Below, piece after piece: positions 39,080 through 53,662 of a stretch of 64,000 bases of DNA. This DNA comes from Octopus vulgaris (lineage: Eukaryota), in assembly GCA_951406725.2 (NCBI GenBank), contig OX597839.1:13020001-13084000 (forward strand). Direction: 5' to 3'. The stretch's first letter is position 1, and the number at the start of each line of letters is the position of its first letter. The notes under the pieces are model-generated. The model ran no database searches and was not told the DNA's origin. It saw only the letters and a list, made by a program, of their open reading frames with translations. The translations under genes and the position numbers were made by a program.

Positions 39080-39670
39080 TACATACCCATGTATACATAC
39101 ACACACATGCACATACATGTATGTCTGTATATGTATGCATATATACATAGATATACATATCATGACAACCTTTAAATAATAACGATATATATGTACTTGT
39201 ATATACATGCATACACTCATACATACATGCATATATGCATACACATGTATACATACACACACATGCACACACATGTATGTCTGTATGTGTATGCATATAT
39301 ACATAGATATACATATCATGAGAACCTTTAAATAATAACAATATATATGTACTTATATATACATGCATACACTCATACATACATGTATACACATGTATAC
39401 ATACACACACATGTATCGTTATTATTTAAAGGTTGTCATGATATGCATATCTATGTATATATGCATATGCATACACATACAGACATACATATGTGTGCAT
39501 ACGTGTGTATGTATGCATGTGTATGCATGTCAGTATGTGTATGCATATATGTATGCATATATACATAGATATGCATATCATGACAACCTTTAAATAATAC
39601 ATGCATACACTCATACATACATGCATATATGCATACACACACATATATGACAGCCTTTAAATAATGGTGA
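39080..39670. repeat. ~156-bp unit in direct and inverted copies
   Basis: acatagatatacatatcatgacaacctttaaataat at ~39144, ~39301 and ~39562; inverted at ~39420-39455. Confidence 0.8.
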
Positions 39671-40478
39671 TATATATATACCTATGTACATACAAAACAT
39701 ACAATGCATACATACATGCAGCTATATGCATGAAAATACATTCATAAAACAAAACATAAGAATCTGCATGTATACATACATACTTACATGCATACCAAAA
39801 TACTTACAAAAATTCCAATGAAGGAGTCTTGGTTAGAAACCGGCTCTTTCTCTATTGGCAAGAAATCTTGAAATAAAACTGAATGAAGACATACATACAT
39901 ACACACACACATACATACATACATTCATACATACATACATACATACATACATGCATACATACATGGCCAAGAATCACTTTCAGTTTCATATCTGTTATTA
40001 TTGGAGCAACAAGATATGTATACCACCCTGCCTAAGGAAAAGTATGACTGAACTTGGGACCATGGGAAGAGAATGTGAATCTTCAATTCATATTCTACAA
40101 ATGATCACAATATCAGGGACTATAAAAATCTGCATGGCCTTAAAGGATGATGCTTAAAACAAGAAACTTTTCCTTCATAGTGGAACAGAAGAACCAAATC
40201 CACGTTACTCATGTTTAAGAGAGCAATGAAGTGATGGCATTACTCGAAAGTGAGTTGCAGCTGTCTTCCATGTATGCATGGTACACCTGCATGTGTGACA
40301 CATGTGCACAGATATGCACACACCCACACACATACATATACACTCAGATGGTGTTGTATTAATCAAATGTACTACTGCTATGTAAAAATACATAACTTTA
40401 ATATCAGTTTTATATGAGTGTTTATGTATGTTTGTATATATTGTTCGATGTACAAAGTATCTATATGTATGTATATCT

Positions 40479-40519
<41 letters not shown>

Positions 40520-40529
40520 TATATATATA

Positions 40530-40564
<35 letters not shown>

Positions 40565-40570
40565 GCATAT

Positions 40571-40612
<42 letters not shown>

Positions 40613-40637
40613 TGCAACAAAAAATTTAATTTTGGAC

Positions 40638-40698
40638 AGAGTTACCAAAGGTTTCGTATCGACAAAGCCAAACCCTTCTGGTCAGATCATCAGACTCT
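40638..40698 (-). ncRNA. Type-I hammerhead ribozyme with canonical CUGAUGA core
   Basis: agagu-CUGAUGA-ucugac...gucgauac-GAAA-cc uuu gg-UA-acucu. Confidence 0.7.
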
Positions 40699-40790
40699 AT
40701 ACAAAGACAAAAAAAATTTTACTTTCTACATTGCAGACGGGCAGAAATGCTCAGAAATTGAGATTTAAGTCCTAACATATAAAAACTTTA

Positions 40791-40847
<57 letters not shown>

Positions 40848-41209
40848 TGTATATGTGTGTGTTTGTGTGTGTGTATATATATATGTGTGTATGTGTATAT
40901 ATTTATGTATGTGGGTATATATATGTGTGTGTATGTGTGTAAATATATATATATATATATATGTGTATGTATATATATGTGTGTATATATGTGTGTGAGT
41001 ATATATATATATATATATATATATCATCATCATCATTTAACGTTCGTTTTCCATGCTAGCATGGGTTGGACGGTTCGACCGGGGTCTGGTAAGCCATGGA
41101 GGCTGCACCAGGCCCAGTCTGATTTGGCAGTGCTTCTACAGCTGGATGCCCTTCCTAACGCCAACCACTCCATGAGTGTAGTGGGTATTTTTTTACATTC
41201 CACCGGCAC

Positions 41210-41259
<50 letters not shown>

Positions 41260-41269
41260 GTATGTATTT

Positions 41270-41730
41270 GCAGTCTGCCATCATGATTATTTCTATTCAT
41301 GGCTTTGACATGACTCAACAAACTTTCTTGGATTTTTGCTTGAGTTTGCCATTTATTTTGACCAATTCCTTTCCACTTCATATTCCTTTTTGTAGAATCT
41401 TTAGATCTCAGCCTAGTGCTTCCCTGGTTTCTTTTCCCCTTTGCATAATTGGGAATAAAGGATTTGTTTGGGGAGTCCATTGTTGTCCGTCCTGTGTATG
41501 TGACCCAACCAATGTAAATTTCCATCAATGAGGATTTCCATCATAGGAGGCAGGCCAGCACACCGTAAGATATCTTCATTCCTGATCTTGACAAAGAGAG
41601 AAATATTCATAAATCATCACAGCTTTCTCATCATGAATGCATGTAACTTGTCTACTTGAGTTTTATAGACTGTCCAGGTTTCAGCTCCATACAGCAGGGA
41701 AGAAAGCACTATAGCCTGGTACACCTTGCA
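41270..41730 (-). mobile_element. RTE (BovB-like) LINE C-terminal fragment
   Basis: RNEDILRCAGLP..E......LHWLGHIHR..NNGLPKQILYSQL..G. Confidence 0.85.
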
Positions 41731-42789
41731 TTTGTGTCACGCACACATGCACGCATGCATGCGCGCACACACACACACACGTATATGAGTTTGAGAGTGC
41801 ATGTGTGTGTGTGCATATGTATGTATCATAGTAAACATCACTGTGGAACATAAAGATTCTAGCTATCTCTGCATTAGTCTGTTAATCAAAATTCATCATC
41901 ATCATCATTGTTTAACGTCCACTTTCCATGCTAGCATGGGTTGGACCATTTTGACTGAGGGGTGGCGAGCCAGATGGCTGCACCAGGCTCCAATCTTGAT
42001 CTAGCAGTGTTTCTATAGCTGGATGCCCTTCCTAACGCCAACCACTCTGAGAGTGTAGTGGGTGCTTTTTACGTGCCACCGGCATGGGGGCCAGTCAGGC
42101 GGCACTGGCAATGATCTCGCTCGAATCTTTTTACACGTGCCACCAGCACAGATGCCAGTGAAGCAACGTTGGTAACGGTCACGCTCGAATGGTGCCCTTT
42201 TATGTGCCATGGGTACAGAAGCCAGTTGGCTGCTCTACTCAAAAGAAGGCCTTAAGGTTTTATCAAGTTTATTATACAACCTTGTGACGGACAGTAAATC
42301 TGGGCCGAATGGTGCCCCACCATTTCTAGTTCATTAACCTTCTGTAGCAATTAGATAACGTACATTATGAAGCCACTGTGATATTTTAATTACAGTTGCT
42401 GTTATTACAGTTGTAGCTAAATGGAGGTAGACTGAAATGAATATTTAATACCGTTTCACCTGTTAGCCCTATACACACACGATATACCTGAGGTGTTTTT
42501 CTTTCAATATATCTAAAGACTTCAGCTGTCACATTGTTTGTAAATTGACTAGTCTAATTAAATTTTAATTAATTTAAATAGATACATGAGACAGTCCATA
42601 AAGGACTGCCAATATTGGTTCTTATTACACAGCCATTCCTGCACCTCCACACAACCACGCCATTCGACTAAGTTATCTGAATGCTAAAGGGTTCATTCCA
42701 TTATGGGCTATCTTATTGTGGGCAAATGTCCTTAGCTATAGCCCTTGATGGGTATAATTTTGTAGCATGGGAAACTGCGTAACTTCATA

Positions 42790-43310
42790 ACCAAGATTAC
42801 CACCGCCACCACCACCACTACCACCACCACAACTACAAACACCATAACAACCACTGCCACCACCACCACCATCACCATGACAACTACCTCCACTACAATC
42901 ACCACCACCACCACCACCACTACAGCTACCATTGCCATCACCACCACCACCGCAACAACCACCACCACCACGACCACTGCTGCCATCACCATGACGACGA
43001 CCACCACCACAATAACCACAACTACAATCATCACAACTTCAATTGTCACTACCATCAGAACAACCGCTACTGCCACCACCACCACCACCACCACCACTAC
43101 TGCCGCCACCATGACACGTTCCTCTACCACGACAACTACTTCCACCACGACAATTACTTCCACCACCATAACAATTACCTCCATCATGATGACCAGCACC
43201 ATCTTCACCACCAACACTACCAGCTATTCTGTGCCACTCCACCCACTGGTGCCACCAGTACCACCACCACCACCACCATTTGCATCATCAACACTGCCAC
43301 CAACACTTCT
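42790..43310. repeat. (ACC/ACT)n low-complexity tract; similar tracts at 43670-43840, 44215-44440, 45215-46060 and 51335-51810
   Basis: Directly visible. Confidence 0.9.
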
Positions 43311-43854
43311 TGACTAAAGTGTTAAAACCATACAGTAAGCTTCACAATAATCAGGTTCACTTGTTACACCCTACAACACCCTTCCTCCAACACACACACA
43401 CACACAACATACATACACACACACATCCATATATCTTCCTCACACACATCCATATATCTTCCTCACACACACACAATCTAAATCCCTCACTGTGTCCATG
43501 TCTAAAGCTATTAGTCAATTACATTATCCTCCACCCCAAGATACAGAAAGGGGATTAGCTGCAAGACACACGAGGCCTTTGTTAATGTATTCATCTTCAT
43601 GTTAGGTGTTCAATCCTAGCCTCTGGCTAATGTCTAATGTTCAGCGACAATGTATATCATTGTCATTGTAGAGTTGTGGTGGTGTTGATGGTGGTGGTGG
43701 TCATGTCGTGGTGCTGCTGCCGGTGTTGGTGGTGAGGTGATGATGATGGGGGAGTTGATGGTTGTGATGTGGCTATGATGGGAGTGGTGCTGTTGTTGGT
43801 GGTGTTGGTAATGCTGTGGTGTTGCTGTTGCTGTTGCTGTTGAGCAAAGCGGTC

Positions 43855-44212
43855 TTCATTCCAGAGCTCGCAAGATGGGAGAAGTCCAAAACGTGGTCCT
43901 TTGCTATTCGTAAGACCCGCAGAAGAGAAAGCAGGTCAACCCCCGACACTGAGAGCATCGATGGATGGATGAATGCGCATCCAGGCTCAGTGGTTGTGTA
44001 GGAAGTCGGGGACAAGAAACAGGAAGAAAGAGTGAGAGATAGTTGGGGTGAAAGAGTACAACAGGGGTCGCTATGCCCCCCCCCCCACTGGAACCTTGTG
44101 GAGCTTTAGGTGTTTTCGCTCAATAAACACACACAATGCCCGGTCTGGGAATCGAAACTGCGATCCTCCGACCGCGAGTCTGCTGCCCTAACCACTGGGC
44201 CATTGCACATCC
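43855..44212 (-). mobile_element. SINE family C, tail variant 3
   Basis: Family C head and body joined to a 3' segment not seen in the other copies. Confidence 0.75.
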
Positions 44213-44449
44213 ACTGCTGGTGGTGTTGTTGATGAAGGTGGAGTTGATGGTTGTGGTGAGGCTATGATTGGAGTGGTGCTGTTGTTGGTGGTGTTGATGG
44301 TTGTGATGTGGCTGTGATGGGAATGGTGCTGTTGGTGGTGATGGTCATGGCACTGGTGGTTGTGGTGTTGTTGTTAGTGGTGATAATGCTGGTAGCATTG
44401 ATGGTTGTGTCTTGTTGATAACGGTAGTAATGGTTTTGTAGTAAAGGTG

Positions 44450-44869
44450 TGTAGTGACACACCTTTGGGATTTTCCAAGCAAAGGAATTAGAGACTTCTG
44501 GAAGGTCTGCCAGAAGCCCCTTATACGCATGCGCAGTCATCAGCAGCAGCTAGGGTTGACTGCCATTCTCTCTCTCTTCGCCCCTGCTGCCGACCGAGCC
44601 GCACACAACTCGACCAGCTCCATGTGGCTGGAATTCTGAAGACGATCCATGACTTCGGTGAATCTGTGAAGAATGCCTTCACAATTGTGATTAAACCAAC
44701 TCTGCTGTTTCCACACCAAGGCTACCGATTGTCCAGAAATGCAACGCTTGTACAGAAAGAAAAATAAACATTGTTATTTGTTCGGAGATTCTCGTTCCCA
44801 CTATTTTCCTTTCTACAACTATGTAAGGAATTGTGAGGCACCCATCCAGTGCCAACCTCACTTCCTACA
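44450..44869 (+). mobile_element. Solo LTR (420 bp, probably Gypsy/Ty3-type)
   Basis: TGTAG...CTACA termini; 4-bp TSD GGTG at 44446-44449 and 44870-44873; AATAAA at ~44763. Confidence 0.85.
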
Positions 44870-45110
44870 GGTGCATGGCGTAGTGGTTGAGATATTCAGC
44901 TCATGATCACAAGGTCATGAGTTCAATTCCTGATGACACGTTGTGTCCTTGAGCAAGACACTTTATCTTATGTTGCTCCAGTTCACTCAGTTGGCAAAAA
45001 TCAGTTATACCTGTAATTCAAAAGGGCTAACCTTGTCAAAGTCTGTGTCATTCTGAATCTCCCTGAGAACTGTGACAAGTGTATGCATGTCTGAGGAGTG
45101 CTCAACCACA
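44870..45110 (+). mobile_element. SINE with family D-like head
   Basis: catggcgtagtggttgag, gagttcaattcc, tgtgtccttgagcaagacacttta. Confidence 0.75.
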
Positions 45111-46913
45111 TCTTTTTCTTTTACTTGTTTCAGTCATTTGACTGTGGCCATGCTGTAACACCGCCTTTAGTCGAGCAAATTGACCCCAGGACTTATTCTT
45201 TGGAAGCCTAGTACTTGTTGGTGGTTGTCAAAGCGGTGGTGGTTGGTACTGGCATTTGTGTTGGTTGAAGTATTAGTGGCATTAGTGTTGATGATGGTAC
45301 TGGTAATACTGCTAGAGTTGTTGATGGTATCGATGATTTGGTGGAAATGGTGGAGGTATTGGTAATGGTGTTGCATGTGATGTTGACAGTATTGGTGGTG
45401 GTTGTAGCATCAGTGGTGGTAGTGGTGTTGGTGGTGGTTGTGATAGTAGTGCTGGCAGTATTGGAGGTGGTGGTTGCAGTGGTGTTGTTGTTTTTGGTAG
45501 TGGTGGTGGTGGTAGTAGCATCAGTGCTAGCAGTGATGTTGGTGTTGGTGTTGGTGGTGGTGGTTGTGGTAGTGATGTTGACAGTATTGGTGGTGGTGGT
45601 GGTGGTGGTAGTAGTAGCAGCGGTGGTAGTTGTGGTAGTGGTGTTGGCAGTATTGGTGGCGGTGTTGGTGGTGGTGAGATGGGTAATGGTAATGTTGGTG
45701 AGGTGTTGTAGCTGGTTGTGGTGGCAGTGGTATTAAAAGTGTTTGTAGGCAATGGTGGCTGTTAGGTTGAAGTGGTGATTTTAATTAACTGATGAATCTC
45801 TAATTTTAATATTCTACCATTTGCATCATCACCATCATCATTAGGGTAATCTCCACTATCACCACAACCAATATTGTCACCACAACAATATTTTACCAAT
45901 ATCATCATCACTATCAACAACACTATTATCACCTTCATCACCACTACGGTCATCATCATCATCATCGTTGTCATTATTACTGTCCACAACACCACCATCA
46001 TCATCATCATCATCATAATTTTATTCATGATGATCATCATCATTGCTACCATCACCATCATGGTGTATGAGAGAGAGAGAGAGAGAGAGAGTATGTGTGT
46101 GTCTGTGTATCTGAGAGAGTTTGTGAGTATGTATGTAAGAGAGTGTGTGTATGTATGTACTTGTGTGAGTGCGTGTGTGATGTATCTCTGTATTTATGTG
46201 TGTGTGACTATGTATCTGCCTGTATGCATCTGTGGGTATGTGCGAGTGTGTGTGTATGTATGTGTGAGTGTGTGTATGTAAATGAGAAAGAGAGAGAGAG
46301 TGTGTGTGTGTGTGTGTCTATGTGAACTTTCCTTTGTGCAAAGTAAGGTGTGTGTGTGTGAGTGCATGTCTGTGTGTGTGTGTGCGTGAGCCCTTCTTCG
46401 TGCATCATTAGGTATGCCAGGAATATGGCTGAAAGAAAAAGTGTAGTTTAGCAATTAAGTCTTCATCTACACCCACATATACATTCACATCCATGCAAGC
46501 ATGCACAAAATCACCCATGCACATCCACACACCTTTGCCTTCATACACACACACATACACCTTCACACCCACGCACACGCATATCTAAACCCCACTTCCC
46601 CCCACACAACCATACATACTATACCCTCTTTTCCACCTTTACACACCAGCATCTTCTACCCCTGTCTACTATCTTACAAATGAGACATTGTTTTTGTAAA
46701 CATCTCCATCTCTAATATATGCTCTCTTTCTCTCAGGCTCTCTTTTTCCTTTTCTGTTTTTACACTCTCTCTCTGTCTATATCTATTTATCTCTTTCTCT
46801 TATATCCATCTACCTATCTGTCTATCACTATATTTAACCATATATCTATCTATCTATCTGTCTATCTCCATAAATATTTGGTCTGTCTATATGTCTGCTT
46901 GCTTATCTATCTA

Positions 46914-46955
<42 letters not shown>

Positions 46956-46972
46956 AATCTATCTATCTATTA

Positions 46973-47032
<60 letters not shown>

Positions 47033-47259
47033 GTCTATCTTTCTTTCTTTATTTCTTTCTTTCTTTCTTTCTTCAATCAACCCATCCATGCATCTGCCTG
47101 TCTGTTTCTATCAATGTTTGTAAATGTCTTGTCTACTTATATGTACTTACACAGGATAATGCATATCATCATCATCATCATTTTACATCCATTGTCCATG
47201 CTGGCATGCGTTGGACAAGCTGAGGGGTCTGCATCAGACTCCAGTCTGATTCTCTCTTC

Positions 47260-47474
47260 TACTCTCTTTTACTTGTTTCAGTCATTTGACTGCAGCCATG
47301 CTGGAGCACCACCTTTAGTCGAGCAAATCGACCCCAGGACTTATTCTTTGTAAGCCTGGTACTTATTCTATTGGTCTCTTTTGCCGAAATGCTAATTTAC
47401 AAGGACATAAACACACCAGCATCAGTTGTCAAGCAACGTTGGGGGGACAAACACAGATGCACAAACACACACAT

Positions 47475-47527
<53 letters not shown>

Positions 47528-47688
47528 TATATACGATGGGCTTCTTTCAGTTTTCGTCTACCAAATCCACTCACAAGGCTTTGGCCCAAGGCTATAATAG
47601 AAGACACTTGCCCAAGGTGCCACGCAGTGGGACTGAACCCGGAACCATGTGGCTGGTAAGCAAGCTACTTACCACACAGCCACTCCTG
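47260..47688 (-). mobile_element. Family A SINE nested inside a family B SINE (47165-47250 and 47688-47930)
   Basis: Family B sequence resumes after the family A head; further A copies at 48603-49012, 57158-57610 and 61880-62300. Confidence 0.82.
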
Positions 47689-49894
47689 GCATGGTTTCTA
47701 CGGCTGGTTGTCCTTCCTAATGCCAACCACTCCAAGAATGTAATGGCTGCTTTTACATGCCAGATGTATGACACAAGTATCTGCCATGACTACGATTTCA
47801 CTTGGTTTGATGGGTCTTCTTCTCAAGCACAGCATATTACCAAAGCTCTCAGTCATTTGTCATTGCCTCCATGAGGCCCAATGCTTGAAAGGTACTTTTC
47901 ACATGCCACCGGCCCAGCTTCTAGAACACAACACCATATGTGCACTTATACAAAAGCTGAAATATATACATAATCAATGTTGACAATCATTTTGTTCTCA
48001 TTTCTGCCTCACTGAAAAATATGGCCCTTACATAAACACTAATAAATTTACTTGTTTCTCTTTTTCTTTTTACCTTTCTCCGTCTTTTTCCTTTCTTCTT
48101 CTGGTGAAGAAGTCTAAGTTTCAAAAGTCATTAAAATAATTCAAAATTTTATCTTGTTTCTATTGCTATTATGCATTTGGATATGTCATTTACTGGCTGA
48201 TGCCGACAGATTTGTATCTATATTGAATTACTTCCTTGGTTACTAAATTGGAATCTCCTGGATTACCATTGGATTACTATCTCTGATTACATCTGATCTT
48301 TTATTGCATTATATATCATCAATATCATCATCATCATCATCAATCACCATCAATCATCATCAATTATCATCATCATCATCAATCATCATCATCATCATCA
48401 TCATCATCATAGTGCATGTCCTAGTGGTCAAGGTATTGCATTTATGATTGCTAAATCATGGTTTTGATTCCAGGACTGTTCAGCTGTAAATGAGCGACCC
48501 TCTGAGAGACTAGAAGCCTGTTTAGGGAGAGCATTGTCATTTCAGTCACTTACACATCATAAAAAGTGGGTAACTGGCTCTATGAGTTCTTGAACTCGAG
48601 ACATTCTTTTATTCTTTTATTTGTTTCAGTCATTTGACTGCAGTCATGCTGGAGTACTGCCTTTAGTGTGGCCATGCTGGAGCACTGCTTTTAGTCGAAC
48701 AAATCGACCCTAGGACTCATTCTTTGTAAGCTTAGTACTTATTCTATCGGTCTCTTTTGCCGAATCGCTAAGTTATGAGGATGTAAACACACCAGCATCA
48801 GTTGTCAAGCAATGGTGAGGGTGGGGGGACAAACACACACACACACACACATATATGATGGGCTTCTTTCAGTTTCTGTCTACCAAATCCAGTCACAAAA
48901 CTTTGGTCAGCCCGAGGCTATGGTAGAAGACACTTGCCCAAGGTGCCACACAGTGGGATTGAACCCGGAACCATGTGGTTGGTAAGCAAGCTACTTACCA
49001 CACAACCACTCCCATATATATATATATATATACACATACTTACAAATACACACATTTAACATCCATTTTCCATTCCAACCCCTGACAGTATGGAAAGTAG
49101 TTGATGATAATGACATACTCACACACAGACACAGACACACACACAGACACACACACACACACACATATGTGAGCATAAGGATATAACCATCCATCACCCT
49201 CCATGCACTGCCATCCATCCTCTTCTCCCCCATCCATTGGTATCCATTTACTGTTATCTAACCATAACCATCCAGTCCTCTGTCCACATCACGCCTTCCC
49301 ATTCCCCGCATCTGTCCACTGCCCTCCGTTTGCTGCAGTCATCTGCTGCCCTCCATCCGCTGCTATCCATCCACTGCAGTATGATGCTGCAGTAGTAGTA
49401 GAATGATGTAACAGTCAGAAACTGTGATATTTCTGCTGACAAAAAAATAAATAAATAAATAACTAAATAAATGAGAAGTCTCTTCTGTTGTTAGTATTCC
49501 ATACATTCAATCACATCAAAGGTTTTCTTTGTCCCTGCACTGTATCTCTCTCTGTCTCTGTCTGTCTGTCTGTCTGTCTTTCTATCTATCTGTCTATCCA
49601 TTTATCTATCTATCTGTCTATCCATTTATCTATCTATCTGTCTATCAATCTGTCTGTGTATCTATCTGTCTATCTATCTATCTATCTGTCTGTCTGTCTG
49701 ATGTCTGTCTATCTATCCGTCTGTCTTTCCATGTATGAATATGTGTATGTATGTATGTATGAATGTATATATGTATGTGTGTGTGTGTATGCGCATGTAT
49801 GTAATATATGTGATGTGTGTATGCATGTATGTATGTATGTATATGTGTATGTTTGTTTGTGTGTATGTATGTATTTATGTATATATGTATGTAT

Positions 49895-50150
49895 GTGGCG
49901 ATTGTTGCATCTTCACAGATGACTGCCCTCTTCTTGTGCTTCTTCGATGTCAATGGCATTTCTGACCTTCCATCCATGACTTCTCAGATGATTATTCAGT
50001 CCTGTTGCAAATCCGCATGATTGGAAGCATAGGTGACAGATGAAAGTTGCAGCTTGCTGTGCACTTCCAACCGGTTTCGTCTGCACACATCGCCACTCTC
50101 CTATCACCATAGGACATTCACTTGATGGAATGACAATTGAGGTCACCATA
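49895..50150 (-). mobile_element. RTE LINE 3' end with C2H2-like finger
   Basis: TFICHLCFQSCGFATGLNNHLRSH followed by an RTE-like tail. Confidence 0.65.
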
Positions 50151-50696
50151 AAAAGACATCTCTATATATGTACATATGTATGTATTTATGTACCTATGTG
50201 TGTGAGTATCTGTGTGTGTATATATATGTATATGCACACACATATGTGCACACACACAAATATATATCTGTATCTCTTTTCTCTCTCTTTCTCTCCCTCT
50301 CTTTCACTCTTACTTTTCCCTTTCTTTCTCTCTCTTTTTCTCCTTCTGTGTCTCTCTTTTTCTCTCCCTCTCCCTCTCTTTCTCTCTTTCCCTCTTTCTC
50401 TTTCTCTCTTTCTCTCCTTCTTACCCTTTCTCTATCTCCATCACCTCCACCTCTCTCTCTCCTCCACCTCTCCCTCTAAATATGTATGTTCCTTATATAT
50501 ATATATATGTTTGTTTCATTACTGATCTCATTATTATCTGAAAATCTGAGAAGTGAAACTCAGAGTAAGATTAGTTAAACATCAGCTTGTAAGAAATACA
50601 TGTGCATGCATGCACACACACACACACACACAGACACACACACATACTTGCACATGCACAAACACACACGTACATATAAGTACATGCTCATGCACA

Positions 50697-50750
<54 letters not shown>

Positions 50751-50950
50751 CACACACATACACAGACACACATGCACACACTCACATACTCATCATTCTC
50801 TCTCTGTCTATTACTTGCTCATACAGGTGATTACACTGGTGGTGCTCCAGCATGGCCTCAGTCTTAGAGCTGAAACATATAAAAGAATACACACACACAC
50901 ACGTTTACATGCACACACACACCAATGAAACATACATAAATCCAAATGTG

Positions 50951-51009
<59 letters not shown>

Positions 51010-52239
51010 TCACATACCCAGATACATATAATTGTGTGTACACGCACACAACTATACACCCATAAAGTGTGGACATTTTTCTGCACACACATTTACATAC
51101 CGTTACAGCAGCAACAGCATCAGGTGTGTGGGCGGCATGTTTATACGTATGCGTGCTGTGCTGTTAGTCTGTGTGTGTGTGTGTGTGATACAGTGTAAGG
51201 ACAAAGAAATCCTTTGATGAATTGGAATGTATGGAATACAAGACAACACAAGAGATGCTTCTTTTTGTTGTTGTTGTTGTTGTTGTTTTCCTTTTTCAAT
51301 AGAACTATCACAGTCTCTGACTTTACCTGATATTGCTGCTTCTGCGACTGTAACCGCCACCATCACTACTACTACTACTACCACCACCATCACAACTACC
51401 ACAACCACCATCATGACTACCGCTGCAGCTGCTGCTGCTACTACTACTACTACTACTACTACTACCATCACCATCACCACAACCACCATCACGACTACCA
51501 CTGCTACTACTACTACTACTACTACTACTATCATCACCACCACCACAACCACCATCACGACTACCACTGCTGCTGCTACTACTACTACTACTACTACTAC
51601 TACCATTACTACTGCCATCAGCACCGTTGCTGTTACTGCTGCTACCGCTGCTGCTGCTGCTGCTACTACTTACCTTTCAAACACACTTTCTCTTCTCCTC
51701 CTCCTCCACCAAATTCTTCAACATGCTTCATTTCAAAACCTGTTTGTGAAGCAGTGGGGATGGCAGTGGTTTTGGTGGCAGTGGTAGTGGTAGTTGTTGT
51801 TATTGTGTTGTAGTAATATTGGTGTAGGTACAATGCCAACTTTCTGGACACCGATGGTACAGAATCTCTTGTTATCTGTACTAATAATTTACAAACTAGA
51901 TCTTCAAATTCCCACGACTGCCAGACTAGTTTACTGGTACTTTACACAGTCTAGTACCTTGCACACAATAATAGTATTAATAAATTTCTTTCATTTATAC
52001 TAATGGACAGATATTTGTAAATTCAATATTTGTTTAATCTAGAATGTAACCACACCTGGTTTAGGAAAAAATCAGTGATCCAGAATGGCCTTGGAGCCGA
52101 AAGGTCTGGAAAAATCAATGTTTTACCAGTAATGTAGATTTTAGGATGAGTCCTGCTCTGGCAGACCTCAGATCAAAGATGTTCCGACCGTGACCATCCT
52201 GTCCTATGTTTTATTCTGCATCCTCTACATCAAGGCTGA

Positions 52240-53175
52240 GGTGGGTTTCCACGAGTGCTATGCATAGGGCTTGATTGCATGCAGCAAGATCTCTCAGGAA
52301 AGAAATTTTGCTTTTTATTATGATGCAACAGGCCCCCAATATTTAGTATATAGTATTGGGGTGACGACTGTGCAGGCGTTAGGGGAGGCCATCCCGTGTC
52401 TGTTGATTGTGGTGGTCTTGCACAGTGGTGGGTAAGGTTCCTTGTTTGTGCTTGGTGCAGCCAGTTCAGCTGCTGCACTCTTTTGTGCCATGTACAAAAA
52501 AGACTCTTGCTCAGCTGCTGCGTTGTGCATAACATATGAAAGGCACACTTCTTTTGTGAATTTTTTCCTTGGAGATATTTGTTGTCTTTCCTTAGGGAAG
52601 TTTTTCTCCTTAAGGCCCCTGTAGTTTTGGCGGAGTGTCAGGTTGGCAAACCGGCAGTTTTTGCCGTCTTCCCCATGCTAGCATTTGCCTTGCAGGTAAA
52701 ATTTGCAGGCTCTTGAGTGCCTTCCATATTTCTTCTTTCCTGTAGGGTTTTGGATGGCATTGGATCCTCCATGGGGTTTTCTGCTTTTTGTTTGGTGGGT
52801 TAGGATTTCGATTTTGGTTGTTTCATATTTGCCTTTTCCTTTTTCTTCCCTTCCTTCTTTATGTTTGTATTTGTATTCCGTTCTTCCTTTTTTTGTGGTA
52901 GAAACTTTTTTTCTCTGGTTTTCTAATGGGGTGAGGGCTCCATTCCTTTGTAGGACCACTGGCACAGAGGGACTTCAAAGTTACTGCTTCCTTGGTTCCC
53001 ATATCTGTTTCTGCCTGGTCGTTCACAGGGGTGGATGGTTCATTCTTTTGAGGAACTACTGGATCAAAGAGACTTTCGGGTTTTGTTTCCTTTTTATCTT
53101 CTCCATCCTTATCAGCCTTGCCACAATAGTTCTCAATTATGTCATCCAGAGTGTCAATGTGTGGTCTTATGAGCA
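52240..53175 (-). mobile_element. Decayed LINE 5' region: ORF1 with CCCH-like finger and start of the endonuclease
   Basis: CKFYLQGKC*HGEDGKNCRF, then ILNIGGL...NKK resembling an APE endonuclease N-terminus. Confidence 0.6.
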
Positions 53176-53347
53176 TATAAGATCGGATGAATTCATATGT
53201 ATATGTGTGTATGTATATTTATGTATGTATATGTATATTTATGTATATGTATATTTATGTACATATATATTTATGTATGTCTATATATATTTATGTATGT
53301 ATATATATATTTATGTATATATATATTTATGTATATGTATATTTATG

Positions 53348-53380
<33 letters not shown>

Positions 53381-53403
53381 GTTCATGTATATGTATGTGT
53401 GTT

Positions 53404-53449
<46 letters not shown>

Positions 53450-53469
53450 CATGTATATGTATGTGTGTT

Positions 53470-53522
<53 letters not shown>

Positions 53523-53662
53523 GTTTGTATATATATATTTATATATATTTATTATATATATATATATATATATGTATATCATTTGTAGAAAGCATAAATC
53601 TGGAGAAGAAGCACACTCTAAGATGTAGAGCATATTATATTTTAATGGGGAAAGCTTGTTTA

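Noticed and set aside
39810-39850. ccaatgaagg...gaaaccgg hammerhead-like string
   Set aside because: Core and stem II too degenerate to support the fold
42732-46061. Mucin-like poly-Thr/Val/Pro ORFs (also 2442-2841 and 51103-51787)
   Set aside because: Open in several frames on both strands because of ACC/GGT trinucleotide repeats; no splice or domain context
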